Source: Desulfobacteraceae bacterium
GTDB lineage: Bacteria > Desulfobacterota > Desulfobacteria > Desulfobacterales > SKZT01
Direction of reading: 5' to 3'
NCBI GenBank assembly: GCA_011389745.1
Contig: JAABTQ010000010.1
Span: forward strand, 11,645-75,644
DNA length: 64,000 bases
A program made the translations under genes and the position numbers. A model generated the notes under the pieces. That model saw nothing but the letters and a program-made list of their open reading frames with translations. It had not been told where the DNA came from and did not search any database. Numbering within the stretch: position 1 is the stretch's first letter; the number at the start of each line of letters is the position of its first letter. Positions 9,846 to 19,823 of the stretch are shown here, piece by piece.

Positions 9846-10316
9846 ATGGATAATAACGTACAATTTTTTTTCCAATGCGATCATTTGCCGGATCAAACAT
9901 GTTGTTCAGCAATAATTCTGCTAAAACAGCCATCTGAAGAAAACGGTGGCTTAAATACGGATATCCTGGTTGAAGATGAAACCGGGGAGCAAATTTTTGA
10001 GGATGACCGATTTATTCGCTGTGCCCAGTGCCTTAATGCAATTGCAAAGCCGGCAGACCGAATTGAAATTGGGGGGGCACATCGCCATACCTTTGCCAAC
10101 CCTCATGGCATTCTTTTTGAGATTGCCTGTTTTAGCCTTGCTGATGGATGCAGATACTTAGGTTCCGGGACTGATGAATTTACATGGTTTAAAGGTTATG
10201 CCTGGAAACTTGCCGTTTGTGGCAAATGCCTTCTTCATTTGGGATGGCAGTATACTTCCTCAGGCAAGAATAGCTTTTGGGGATTGATTATCGATCGCTT
10301 GATTTACCACCAATAA
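9846..10316 (+). CDS. CULT-domain (cereblon thalidomide-binding domain-like) protein
   Basis: 156-aa ORF. CAQC...NPHG...FTWFKGYAWKLAVCGKCLLHLGWQY...FWGL aligns motif-for-motif with human CRBN C..C...NPHG...[25 protein letters not shown]...FWGL. This covers 2x CxxC zinc ligands and the three cage Trp. Confidence 0.8.
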   Translation: MDNNVQFFFQCDHLPDQTCCSAIILLKQPSEENGGLNTDILVEDETGEQIFEDDRFIRCAQCLNAIAKPADRIEIGGAHRHTFANPHGILFEIACFSLADGCRYLGSGTDEFTWFKGYAWKLAVCGKCLLHLGWQYTSSGKNSFWGLIIDRLIYHQ

Positions 10317-10343
10317 TCGAGATTATTTTTATGGGAATAATAA

Positions 10344-10790
10344 ATGGCTGAATTGAAAAATATTGAGACCACATTATCGCGCTTTGCAAATGAGGTATTG
10401 TCTAAAGGCCCTGAGGCAGTCCTGCCACAAAATTTAAATTTATTCTGGTTAAAAAAAATTCAAAAGATGGCCGATCACTATCTGGATACCGGGTTTGTAT
10501 CCGATGACTGTGAAAATATCAGTGCCATTGAAGATTCTATTATTACGGCTTGTGTCTATGAAATATACAAACAACAAAACGCAGATGATGCCGAACTGGA
10601 AAAAAACAAGTTTATTAAGTTCGCTACCATCTATCTTGTTTGCATTACTATGGAAACCGTTCGACGGGAATCCGGAATTCAAATTGACCTGCCGACATTG
10701 GAGAATATATTTTCCGAAGGGCGGATGAATCAACTGAAAACAGAATATCCTGAATTGGGAACATTTTTTAAGCGGGTATGCCTGGATTAA
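10344..10790 (+). CDS. hypothetical protein
   Basis: 148-aa ORF in a coding-looking frame immediately downstream of the CULT gene. No recognisable motif. Confidence 0.4.
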   Translation: MAELKNIETTLSRFANEVLSKGPEAVLPQNLNLFWLKKIQKMADHYLDTGFVSDDCENISAIEDSIITACVYEIYKQQNADDAELEKNKFIKFATIYLVCITMETVRRESGIQIDLPTLENIFSEGRMNQLKTEYPELGTFFKRVCLD

Positions 10791-10836
10791 CCCAGATGTT
10801 GCAAAAAATAAGCATGTCCAATGCAACAACAGGGTT
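10789..10836. repeat. MITE-like intergenic repeat, minimal copy (ends only)
   Basis: AACCCAGATGTTGCAAAAAATAAGCATGT + CCAATGCAACAACAGGGTT. Both termini match the 192-bp copy at 20447-20640, and the terminal inverted repeats are AACCC.GATGTTGCA / TGCAAC.....GGGTT. Confidence 0.6.
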
Positions 10837-13111
10837 AAATTAATTTCTCGAAAGAATTATAAAAATGTGGGTTGGTAACCACTTCATAATATTTTTTTGA
10901 GGGTTTTCCAATACCCGTGCCTTCCTTTGCCGGGACAAATTCCCGAATGGGAGCTTCCCGAATCAGTAGTTTTTTGAATTTACCGGAAACGGTTTGATAT
11001 TTTCCAATATAGATATTTATTCTTTCGTTTATGACCTCAGGAATAACAGTTTCGATGGCTTTGAGTTCGATTTCCTCAGTGAGCTTCATGAATGCAGCCG
11101 GACTCAATTCGATACCATTGACGTTATATCTTATGTAAGCCGCGTCTTCACCGGTAACAAATTGATTCGCTTTGCCTGCTTGATAAACATATAAATTAAA
11201 AGGCTTTTTAGAGTTTCCAAGGCGTTTTTTGAGAGATTTTGCACAGCTCGAAAGCCTGTCTGCGTGGTTGATGGCAGGGGAGATCATGATTTTGTTGTTT
11301 TCGTCAAAAAGAAAAGCCGGAGGGCTGCTCTGGTAGCTGATACCAATGCCGAGTTCGAGTATGGGAAAGCTTTTTTTAAGACACTGCAAATTATACCGTT
11401 TAACAATCGTGAGTATATTCATTGACAAACCACATGCTCTTGCAACACCGTACCATCCCTCAGGTGTTTTCTCATGTTCGGTGATCGCCAAAATGATAGC
11501 GTCTCCTTCAATAAATACCTTTGTTGCGCCATAGTCGGGAAGAATTTCTGTGATAGGATTAAAAAAATTTAAACTAAAGTAAGAGGCAGGATTGAGACCC
11601 CTTTCCTGCATTTGCTGCGTTATAGCCGTAGAACCCCTGACATCTGCTTTTATGATGACATGATTGATGATCGGTTTTTCGTGGCTTACAGATTCCTGAG
11701 GCATGAGAAACTCAAAGAGTGTATGATTGGCTCTGGAGAGGTTGATAATATTTTCATCAGTGGTAATGTTGATGATATCCATAGCATCTTTAAGCAGCTT
11801 GTAATTCTCAAAGTCCCTGTGGTAGCGAATGAATCCCTTTAAAAAGTTTATAAAAATCTCTTTGCGTTTTTTCCCGGAAATATTTTTCCATGAGCGAACT
11901 TGCTTTTTGAGGGGTTTAATGGAAAAGCTCCTGCCATAAAATCGCTCCGATATTTTAAGCTGGCGTATTATTTGTCTGCGACTGCCGGGTTTAATTAAAA
12001 ATTGAACGATTTGTTGGGGCATCAGTGGTGGGCAATAGTCCCTTGCTAGCGGATGTATATCATTGGATGCGGTAATTTTTTTAATTAGTCCCTTGTGATT
12101 AAATCTTCGATAAAAAAATGCAAAGAGTTTTTTTTGTTGTTTTATCCTTTCTTTTAAACCCCGAATTTCTTTTTTGGGTCTTTTTTCCTTCTTAAAAAGC
12201 TTATACTGAGCTTTTGTATTAAAAAAATTCAACAATCTATCAATATTTCTATCCTGCTTTATCAACTCATTAACATCAATTGCGTGTTTTGTTTGCGTGC
12301 CTGTATTGACTGACATCTGAGTTTGACCAGCAGGGGTGAGAATTTGCGAGAAAATATCTTTCAATAAATCTATTAAAGTGCTGTATTGATCAGGGTCATC
12401 AAAGCGTCTGCCCAATAAAATATTATACTCATCCATCATGAAAAAATCATCATGGGAATCTTCGATATGTAAAATCGGATTTGTAAAAATATCTGAATAT
12501 ATTGCAACTTCAGAACCGAAATTGATTTCTCTGATTTGCTTTATTTGCTTGTCCTGGATTTCCGCCAAATAATGAAAAAAATCGAGGCCTGTGTTGCGAA
12601 GAATGAAAGATCTGTTGTATCTGACATCTGAAAGTTGTTCCTTAAATTTAATGACGGCAGCCAAATTTTTTGAGGAAGAAAGTTCGATTTTTCGGATAGC
12701 TTTTATGTAGCATTGAATCATATATTCATATTGAGCTCGAATTTCACCAAGAATCATCTTGACAAGAGCCGTTTGTGCCAAAAAGTCGATCTGGATTTCT
12801 TTTTGCATTTTGGCTTGGTTGACCGCCCCGATCAGTACCTCTGAGTAGCAATTTTCAAACTCTTTTTGAAAATCATTCCGACTTGGTTTGATATCGATTC
12901 CCATGATTTTATAAGTTTGAGTCTTATCTGCTATAAGGTATTGGATAATTTTTGTGGTGGATTTGATCAGTTCGGGACTTAATCGGACATCATAACGAAC
13001 GTTGTCAACTCCCGGCACCAGCCTGTTCAGTGAAAATTTAATTCCGTAATGTTCCAGAGAAAAATTGTCTATATTTGGAGGTACTGAAGTGCGTCTAAAA
13101 AAAAATATCAT
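10835..13111 (-). CDS. large uncharacterised protein with C-terminal class III nucleotidyl cyclase-like domain
   Basis: 758-aa ORF. The C-terminal ~200 aa show cyclase-homology features: VIIKADVRGST (cf. F.DI.GFT), KVFIEGDAIILA (cf. K.IGDA.MA), LELGIGISYQS (cf. RIGIH.G) and SPAINHADRLSS (cf. GD.VN.AARL). The N-terminal ~480 aa have no recognisable motif. Confidence 0.6.
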   Translation of the reverse strand: MIFFFRRTSVPPNIDNFSLEHYGIKFSLNRLVPGVDNVRYDVRLSPELIKSTTKIIQYLIADKTQTYKIMGIDIKPSRNDFQKEFENCYSEVLIGAVNQAKMQKEIQIDFLAQTALVKMILGEIRAQYEYMIQCYIKAIRKIELSSSKNLAAVIKFKEQLSDVRYNRSFILRNTGLDFFHYLAEIQDKQIKQIREINFGSEVAIYSDIFTNPILHIEDSHDDFFMMDEYNILLGRRFDDPDQYSTLIDLLKDIFSQILTPAGQTQMSVNTGTQTKHAIDVNELIKQDRNIDRLLNFFNTKAQYKLFKKEKRPKKEIRGLKERIKQQKKLFAFFYRRFNHKGLIKKITASNDIHPLARDYCPPLMPQQIVQFLIKPGSRRQIIRQLKISERFYGRSFSIKPLKKQVRSWKNISGKKRKEIFINFLKGFIRYHRDFENYKLLKDAMDIINITTDENIINLSRANHTLFEFLMPQESVSHEKPIINHVIIKADVRGSTAITQQMQERGLNPASYFSLNFFNPITEILPDYGATKVFIEGDAIILAITEHEKTPEGWYGVARACGLSMNILTIVKRYNLQCLKKSFPILELGIGISYQSSPPAFLFDENNKIMISPAINHADRLSSCAKSLKKRLGNSKKPFNLYVYQAGKANQFVTGEDAAYIRYNVNGIELSPAAFMKLTEEIELKAIETVIPEVINERINIYIGKYQTVSGKFKKLLIREAPIREFVPAKEGTGIGKPSKKYYEVVTNPHFYNSFEKLI

Positions 13112-13143
13112 GACCAGTAGTATCCCGGACCTTTTTTTATTAT

Positions 13144-13557
13144 TTAAGTAATGGCTCGTCTCAAGTTTTTAAGCTCACTACGGCGTTTTTTATTTTCAAT
13201 CCTTCTTTTTCTGGAAGCCTGTGAAGGTTTTGTTTTTCTTCGAACTTTAACAGGCTTTACAGCTCTTTTTATTAGTAGTACCAGTCTTTCAAGGGCATCT
13301 GCACGGTTTTTATCCTGACTGCGAAAACTTCTGGCGAATATAATCAGTTCTCCGTCCATGGTCATCCGTTTTCCCGCAAGCATCTTGACTCTCTTTATTA
13401 TGTCTTCGCTCAAAGATCGACAATTTTTTGTATCAAATCTGAGTTGAACAGCTGTGGAGGTTTTATTCACATGCTGTCCGCCGGGCCCTGATGCTCTGAC
13501 AAAATCAAACCGGATTTGTTTTTCATCGATGAAAATAGTTTCAGTAATTTTTATCAT
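13144..13557 (-). CDS. arfB: alternative ribosome-rescue factor ArfB (peptidyl-tRNA hydrolase, class I RF domain)
   Basis: 137-aa ORF with the GGQ motif in SGPGGQHVNKTSTAVQLRF and a Lys/Arg-rich C-terminal tail. Confidence 0.9.
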   Translation of the reverse strand: MIKITETIFIDEKQIRFDFVRASGPGGQHVNKTSTAVQLRFDTKNCRSLSEDIIKRVKMLAGKRMTMDGELIIFARSFRSQDKNRADALERLVLLIKRAVKPVKVRRKTKPSQASRKRRIENKKRRSELKNLRRAIT

Positions 13558-13570
13558 AACAAATTAAAAT

Positions 13571-14458
13571 TCATGGATCATTTCTTCGCATATAAAGTTC
13601 AAGTTTCCTTACGGCAACAGAGCAGGAAAACGTGAGGATAAAGTAAAAAGCTGTTATGGTAATCCAGATTTCGAAAGTCAGATATGTGGCAGCCATCAAT
13701 TCAAGTCCCTGAAATGTCAACTCCTGAATTGAAATAACAGAGACAATGGCTGAGTCTTTTATGGTCGAAATAAGCTGCCCGGCCAAGGGTGGTAAAATCC
13801 GTCGTACCGCCTGTGGCATAATGATATAAACCATTTGTTGCCACCAGGAAAAACCCAATGCATAAGATGCTTCCCACTGCTTTTTCTCTACAGACTCAAG
13901 ACCTGAACGAACTATTTCCGTAATATAAGCACCCTCGTATATGGCCAAGGTGAGGAGCGCGGATAAAAATCCCGAAAAATGTGCCGGTGATGCAAAAAAA
14001 AAAGTCAATATGTTTTTGTTTCCGTCTGATAGAGAACGAATAAAATTGTCAACCTTTAAAGCTGTCATGATTTGGTCACTGATAAAAAAGTAAAAAATAA
14101 ATATCAGCACCAGGGGGGGGATGTTTCGAACAATCTCCACATAAGTTCGTCCGATCATGCGTTTAAACAAACTTTGGCTGGTTCTGAACACCCCCATGAT
14201 CGTCCCGATAAGAACCGCAAATATCGTTGCCCAAAAACTCAGCCGGATAGTAGTCAAAAAGCCTTCCACGAGTAGATTGGGAACCCATTTTCCGGCGGAA
14301 TCATCATATCGAAACATGTACCCGGGTATTTTGGACCAATTCCATCGGTATTGAATGTTTGTGGACAAATAAAAAACAAAATACCCAAAAAGGCTCAGCA
14401 GCAGCACGGTAAGGGCGGCATCCGGGATGGATATGCGCGTATTTTTTCTATTGAGCAA
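13571..14458 (-). CDS. polar amino acid ABC transporter permease
   Basis: 295-aa multi-TM ORF with the EAA-type loop (ASYALGFSWWQQMVYIIMPQAVRRILPPLAGQ) typical of HisM/GlnP permeases. Confidence 0.85.
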   Translation of the reverse strand: MLNRKNTRISIPDAALTVLLLSLFGYFVFYLSTNIQYRWNWSKIPGYMFRYDDSAGKWVPNLLVEGFLTTIRLSFWATIFAVLIGTIMGVFRTSQSLFKRMIGRTYVEIVRNIPPLVLIFIFYFFISDQIMTALKVDNFIRSLSDGNKNILTFFFASPAHFSGFLSALLTLAIYEGAYITEIVRSGLESVEKKQWEASYALGFSWWQQMVYIIMPQAVRRILPPLAGQLISTIKDSAIVSVISIQELTFQGLELMAATYLTFEIWITITAFYFILTFSCSVAVRKLELYMRRNDP

Positions 14459-14467
14459 AAATTACAC

Positions 14468-15301
14468 CTAATTAACTTGATTTTCCCAGTCACGGGTACC
14501 AAACCAATAATCTTTTCGCTCCTTGAGCCAGCCCTCGGCCTCGATAAACCTGATCCAATTGTCAAAATAGTTCAAGGTGTCCAAATCAGACTTTCGAATG
14601 GCAAACCCGTTGGGTTCACGGGTAAAGGAATCTTCTAACGGAAGAAAAAGCTTATCCGGATTTTTGATAACCTGAAATGCCGGCAATGGCGACGATGCCA
14701 CCATGGCATGGACTCGACCATTTAACAGCTCTTGAACCGCCTGGGATTCATCATCAAAAAGTTTGAGTTGCGCTTTGGGCATGTATTTTTGAACCGCGGC
14801 CGCTGCAGTGGTTCCAATCCTGGCTGAAATAGCAACTTCGGGTGAGTTAAAATCAGCCACCTTGTTAAACCCCTTAGCCAGTTCCTTGTGTGCCATGATC
14901 GATTGTCCTGAGTAGTCATAAGGAATCGTAAAATTGACTTTAAGATTTCGATCAGGGCGGATTCCCATGCCTCCGATAACCACATCGAATTTGCCTGTTA
15001 ACAGCGCCGGAATAATACCAGACCATTTGGTTGGAATAAATTCGATGTTCACGCCCATGTCCTTTGCAAGACGATTAGCCACATCGACTTCAAAGCCGAT
15101 GAGATTGCCCTCTTTATCTCTCATGGCCCACGGAACGAATGTGGACATACCGACTCTAATCACTCCTCTTTTAAGAATTTGTTCCAAAAGGCTGTTTTGT
15201 GTCAGTTCCTGCCGCGCAGAATCGGCCATGCCGAAACTTGATAATACAGTAACAACCATAAAAATGGCTAAAAATAAACATCGAAATTTTAACCTATGCA
15301 T
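14468..15301 (-). CDS. amino acid ABC transporter substrate-binding protein
   Basis: 277-aa ORF with a signal peptide and family-3 SBP features (GVIRVGM, GFEVDVANRLAKDMG, DVVIGGMGIRPDR). Confidence 0.85.
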   Translation of the reverse strand: MHRLKFRCLFLAIFMVVTVLSSFGMADSARQELTQNSLLEQILKRGVIRVGMSTFVPWAMRDKEGNLIGFEVDVANRLAKDMGVNIEFIPTKWSGIIPALLTGKFDVVIGGMGIRPDRNLKVNFTIPYDYSGQSIMAHKELAKGFNKVADFNSPEVAISARIGTTAAAAVQKYMPKAQLKLFDDESQAVQELLNGRVHAMVASSPLPAFQVIKNPDKLFLPLEDSFTREPNGFAIRKSDLDTLNYFDNWIRFIEAEGWLKERKDYWFGTRDWENQVN

Positions 15302-15505
15302 GTTTTTCTCCTTAATCTGATAAAATTCAGAATAATTGATCCGGAAGTTCTAAATATATGTCGTTTTGACAAAGATTCAGGGCATAGAAAATGAGAGATA
15401 ACTATGCCGGCAGCAGCGACATTTCTTGACATTAAAGCATATTGGAAGGATCTTGAAAAGGATGAAATCACCATAAAGTATTGAAAAACTATAAAACCAT
15501 AATCA

Positions 15506-16276
15506 TCAAAAAACCTTTAAAATCTGTCCCTGAAATATTTTTGTTCGCTCTTTTTCAGGATTTTGAAAGAAGGACTGGGTGTCACCTTGTTCGATAATTT
15601 TACCGTCCTCCATAAAAACAATCCGATCTCCCACCTCTTTTGCAAACCCCATTTCATGCGTGACTACAACCATGGTCATGCCCTCCTTGGCAAGTGTTTT
15701 CATTACATCCAGGACTTCACCGATCATCTCGGGGTCCAGGGCGCTGGTGGCTTCATCAAAAAGCATGACTTTGGGTTTCATCGCCAGGGCCCGCGCAATG
15801 GCAACTCGCTGCTGCTGTCCTCCGCTAAGATGATGCGGATAACTGTCAGCCCTGTCTGCAATTCCTACTTTTTGTAAAAGAGACATGGTATTTTTTGTGG
15901 CTTCGGAAACTTTAATTTTGCGAACCTTTTTTTGTGCCAGATTGATATTTCCCAAAACGGTCATATGAGGAAACAAATTAAAGGATTGAAAAACCATACC
16001 GACTTCTTTTCGAATTTCGAGCCGGTTTTTTTTGTTGCGATTAAGAACAATTCCATCAATGATTATCGAACCGCTGTCGATTTCTTCGAGACCGTTTAAA
16101 CATCTTAAAAATGTGGACTTTCCTGATCCTGAAGGACCGATAATGACGACGACTTCCCTGCGAAATATCTCGATGGAAAAATCCACCAGGGCCCTGACAC
16201 CATTGGGAAAACGTTTATTGATTGTGGTTACTTCAATAATAGGCTTCTGAGTTGTCTGCGCTGAACTTTTTTGCAT
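15506..16276 (-). CDS. amino acid ABC transporter ATP-binding protein
   Basis: Walker [10 protein letters not shown], signature [15 protein letters not shown] and Walker [13 protein letters not shown]. Confidence 0.92.
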   Translation of the reverse strand: MQKSSAQTTQKPIIEVTTINKRFPNGVRALVDFSIEIFRREVVVIIGPSGSGKSTFLRCLNGLEEIDSGSIIIDGIVLNRNKKNRLEIRKEVGMVFQSFNLFPHMTVLGNINLAQKKVRKIKVSEATKNTMSLLQKVGIADRADSYPHHLSGGQQQRVAIARALAMKPKVMLFDEATSALDPEMIGEVLDVMKTLAKEGMTMVVVTHEMGFAKEVGDRIVFMEDGKIIEQGDTQSFFQNPEKERTKIFQGQILKVF

Positions 16277-16308
16277 CAGCTGAAAATTAGCCTCCTTTGC
16301 TCCAAACT

Positions 16309-17169
16309 TTACTCCAAACGCATTCTGTTTTCCATAACACGCACAACAAAAGAGAGGGTTATGTTGATTATAAGATAGATAGCAGCGACGGTAAACCAGA
16401 TTTCAAAAGCTAAAAATGTTTCAGCCACTATGGCCTGAGCCTGCATAGTCAGGTCATAGATAGCTATGGTGCTCACCAGTGAAGAATCCTTAATCAAAGA
16501 AATGGTCTGCCCTGTCAGCGGTGGTGATATTTGCCTGATGACCTGGGGGAAAATGATATATCGATAAGTATCAATAGTTGAGAGTCCTAAACTGTATGCG
16601 GCCTCCAGTTGGCCTTTGTTTATGGAATAAATACCCGCCCTGATAATTTCAGAGGCATAGGCTCCCTCAAAAAGGCTTAATGCAAGTACTGCCGACATAA
16701 ACGCGCTCAGTCCCAGAACAGGAGAAATGGCGAAATAGATCAAAAAAAGCTGAATCAAAAGAGGGGTGTTACGAATCAGTTCCAGATATACTCGTGCGAT
16801 TGCCCTGGCTGATAAAAGAGATGATTGTCTCAATAATGCCGCTGTGATACCGAATATGAGGAATAACACAAAACTTGTTATGGTAATGCGAAATGTAACC
16901 CACAAACCCTGGAGGAGAGGACCCGGAATAAGGTTGCCATCGACGACTGTAAAAATAAACCTTGGAATCCTATACCACTGCCAATGATACCCGAGTTGCC
17001 TTGTTCCGACTCCCAGGAGCCAGATAATTACTCCGGCGAGAATACAAAATTTTACAAAATCAAGAATCGTTGAAAAATCAAAAACTGGCTTGAATCCTTT
17101 GACTTTATTTAAACCAATAGTTTTCATGCAATCTGTGACGGTTTTGTTGATCCTGAAATTAAAGTCCAA
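16309..17169 (-). CDS. polar amino acid ABC transporter permease
   Basis: 286-aa multi-TM ORF. The EAA loop [32 protein letters not shown] is paralogous to 13571-14458. Confidence 0.85.
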   Translation of the reverse strand: MDFNFRINKTVTDCMKTIGLNKVKGFKPVFDFSTILDFVKFCILAGVIIWLLGVGTRQLGYHWQWYRIPRFIFTVVDGNLIPGPLLQGLWVTFRITITSFVLFLIFGITAALLRQSSLLSARAIARVYLELIRNTPLLIQLFLIYFAISPVLGLSAFMSAVLALSLFEGAYASEIIRAGIYSINKGQLEAAYSLGLSTIDTYRYIIFPQVIRQISPPLTGQTISLIKDSSLVSTIAIYDLTMQAQAIVAETFLAFEIWFTVAAIYLIINITLSFVVRVMENRMRLE

Positions 17170-17338
17170 ATCTTATTTTCAGTCAAAATTATAACCATAA
17201 GCTAACTATTTGCAATGAGCAATCTTTTTGAAAACAATTCCAAATCCGGAGAATGCATTATGTTGACAATGCCATGTCATAAGTTATAGATAATTCTGGT
17301 ATTAAATATTTAAATAAAAATCTTCTTAAACCCTGGGA

Positions 17339-19024
17339 ATGAATATGGGAATCAAGCTTGTTATTGTCGGAGGAGTTGCCGGAGGAGCCACCGCGGGTGC
17401 CCGTGCCAGAAGAGTGAGTGAGGATGCCGAGGTTATCATCTTTGAGCGTGGGGAATATATTTCTTTTGCCAATTGCGGCCTTCCTTATTATATCGGAAAT
17501 GTGATTAAAAAACGCGATGATCTTCTTTTAAGTACGCCCGAAGAATTCAAAGAACGCTATAATATTGATGTAAGAATTTTTTCCGAGGTGATGGATATCG
17601 ATCCCAAAGAAAAAATTGTTAAGGTTAAAAACCTGCATACAGGTGAAATATCCACGGAACATTATGACAAGTTGATTTTGTCTCCTGGTGCCGAACCAAT
17701 CAGGCCGCCTCTGGAGGGTGTTGATCTGGACAGGATCTTTCATCTTCGAAATATTCCTGATTCCGACAGGATTAAAAAACTTGTGGATGAAAAAAAACCG
17801 CGCAATGCAGTTGTCGTGGGTGGCGGTTTTATCGGGCTTGAAATGGCTGAGAATTTGGTGGATCGCGGAGTAAAAACTACTATCGTTGAAATGCTTAATC
17901 AGGTAATGCCTTCGCTTGATTGGGAAATGGCATCTATTATACACAATCACCTGAGAGAAAAAAAAGTGGATCTTGAACTGGAAAACGGCGTAAAGGCATT
18001 TTCGAAAGCAGACGACCGAATTGTGGTATCCACTCAAAATGGACGACAGATTGAAACCGATATGGTTTTGCTTTCCGTAGGAATTCGCCCGGAAAACAGA
18101 CTGGCTAAACAGGCAGGACTTAAAATAGGAACCACAGGTGGAATATGGGTTGATTCCACCATGAAAACTTCCGATCCTCACATCTATGCTGTGGGAGATG
18201 CAGTTGAAGTAAAAGATCTGGTTACGGATTTTTCCACCTTGACGGCATTGGCCGGACCTGCCAATAAACAAGCGCGTATTGCCGCCGATAATGCTCTGGG
18301 AAGAAAGTCGATTTTTGCCGGTACCATAGGAACTTCGGTGGTGAAGGTATTCGATATGGTAGTGGCTTCCACAGGAACCAATGAAAAATTCCTGAAAAAA
18401 CATGATATTCCATATTTTGTATCCTATACCCATTCAGCTTCCCATGCAGGGTATTATCCCGGTGCCACAAACATTTCCATTAAATTAATTTTTTCTCCCG
18501 GAAAAGGAAAAGTACTTGGGGCTCAAATTATCGGGAAAAAAGGAGTTGACAAAAGAATCGATATACTTGCCACTGCGATCCGGGCAAAAATGAGCGTCTT
18601 TGACCTGGAAGAACTGGAATTGGCATACGCGCCACCTTATTCTTCGGCTAAAGATCCCGTGAATATCGCCGGCTTTGTGGCCGCCAATATTTTAAAAGGC
18701 GACATGGAAATAGTTCACGGAAATGAGATTCCCGATCTTTTAAGCCAGGGCGCGGTGTTGCTGGACCTTCGCACCAAATTTGAGTTGAAACATGCAGGGA
18801 AAATAGAGGGTGCTTTGCATATTCCCATTGATGAACTCAGAAACAGGCTTTCTGAGCTGGATATAGAAAAAAAATATTTACCTTTTTGTGCCGTGGGGTA
18901 TCGCGGATACTTAGGGCATAGAATTCTGATTCAAAACGGATTTAAATCCAAAAACCTGAGTGGCGGATTTGTCACTTACAAAGCAGCAAAAATACAAAAT
19001 AGTTCCAATACATCAAATGAATGA
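17339..19024 (+). CDS. CoA-disulfide reductase / NADH oxidase family flavoprotein with C-terminal rhodanese domain
   Basis: 561-aa ORF. FAD fold VIVGGVAGGATAGARA, redox Cys in SFANCGLPYYIG, second dinucleotide fold VVVGGGFIGLEMAE, and rhodanese active-site loop CAVGYRG near the C-terminus. Confidence 0.85.
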   Translation: MNMGIKLVIVGGVAGGATAGARARRVSEDAEVIIFERGEYISFANCGLPYYIGNVIKKRDDLLLSTPEEFKERYNIDVRIFSEVMDIDPKEKIVKVKNLHTGEISTEHYDKLILSPGAEPIRPPLEGVDLDRIFHLRNIPDSDRIKKLVDEKKPRNAVVVGGGFIGLEMAENLVDRGVKTTIVEMLNQVMPSLDWEMASIIHNHLREKKVDLELENGVKAFSKADDRIVVSTQNGRQIETDMVLLSVGIRPENRLAKQAGLKIGTTGGIWVDSTMKTSDPHIYAVGDAVEVKDLVTDFSTLTALAGPANKQARIAADNALGRKSIFAGTIGTSVVKVFDMVVASTGTNEKFLKKHDIPYFVSYTHSASHAGYYPGATNISIKLIFSPGKGKVLGAQIIGKKGVDKRIDILATAIRAKMSVFDLEELELAYAPPYSSAKDPVNIAGFVAANILKGDMEIVHGNEIPDLLSQGAVLLDLRTKFELKHAGKIEGALHIPIDELRNRLSELDIEKKYLPFCAVGYRGYLGHRILIQNGFKSKNLSGGFVTYKAAKIQNSSNTSNE

Positions 19025-19823
19025 GCCAAACGATAACATTGAGAATTTCAGGCAAAAGATCATCGAATTTGTCTCTTTTGAGGATATCTCGAAGCCGCTG
19101 AATTTTCTGATTAGGGAGCTTCCGAAAAAGGCCTGCCTGCTTATTATTGGTGGCGCGTTAAGAAACTTAATTATTAAACAAATTTATGGGAATGCGCCTC
19201 CGACACACGATATCGATATGCTGATCAGCGGTCTTGGAAAAGAATTTTCAATAAAAAAAATACTGAACAGGGAGAAATATAAGAATACCGACTTCGGTGG
19301 CATACGGTGGTATCCGAAAAATTCGGCCTACTCTTTTGATTTAAGCCTCCTGGATAATTTTCTACCCATAGAAAAATTTCAACTGGAACCTGATATTAAT
19401 AATTTGCTTGCCACCATTGATTTTAATGTCAATGCTTTAATATTTGAGGTAAAAAATAATCATTTTTATGAAAATAGCGCAATTAATGGCATTAAAGAAA
19501 AGATCATCGGGTTTAATGCGCAAAAAACCTATGACAAGGGGTTTTTGGCATATCGACTGCTACTTATTCGTCATAAAATTGGTTTTTATCCAAGTCGTGA
19601 AGCATTCCGGTTCTTACGTTCCGGCGTTGACCTGGATATGATGCTGTGGATCAAGAAAACACTGGAATCTAAAGTCGGCAAAGAGCTTTGCGAAATTATT
19701 ATAGCGGATTATGACAGAATCTGTCTGTATAAAAATTATGACGACTATAAAAAAAAGGAAAAACTGCCTGAATATCTGAAACATTTTTCTGTCACTGACC
19801 AGGAGATCGACGGTTATGAATGA
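19017..19823 (+). CDS. class II nucleotidyltransferase (poly(A) polymerase/CCA-adding head-domain-like) protein
   Basis: Start moved to the ATG at 19017 (MNEPND), which overlaps the upstream stop by 8 nt. GGALRNLI...HDIDML (cf. GGAVRD...DID) and IDFNVNALIF (cf. RDFTINAL) match the head domain. No C-terminal tRNA-binding body. Confidence 0.6.
   Translation: MNEPNDNIENFRQKIIEFVSFEDISKPLNFLIRELPKKACLLIIGGALRNLIIKQIYGNAPPTHDIDMLISGLGKEFSIKKILNREKYKNTDFGGIRWYPKNSAYSFDLSLLDNFLPIEKFQLEPDINNLLATIDFNVNALIFEVKNNHFYENSAINGIKEKIIGFNAQKTYDKGFLAYRLLLIRHKIGFYPSREAFRFLRSGVDLDMMLWIKKTLESKVGKELCEIIIADYDRICLYKNYDDYKKKEKLPEYLKHFSVTDQEIDGYE

Noticed and set aside
17528-18433. 301-aa antisense ORF inside the CoA-disulfide reductase gene
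   Set aside because: It has no motifs, an odd composition (Phe/Ile/His/Cys-rich) and is fully antisense to a strongly supported flavoprotein gene.
18960-19016. N-terminal extension of the nucleotidyltransferase ORF
   Set aside because: It would overlap the CoADR gene by 65 nt. The internal ATG at 19017 gives the usual short stop/start overlap. The same reasoning trimmed the ORFs starting at 7941, 27654, 34120 (minus), 38388, 43064, 47179 (minus), 53162 and 54526.
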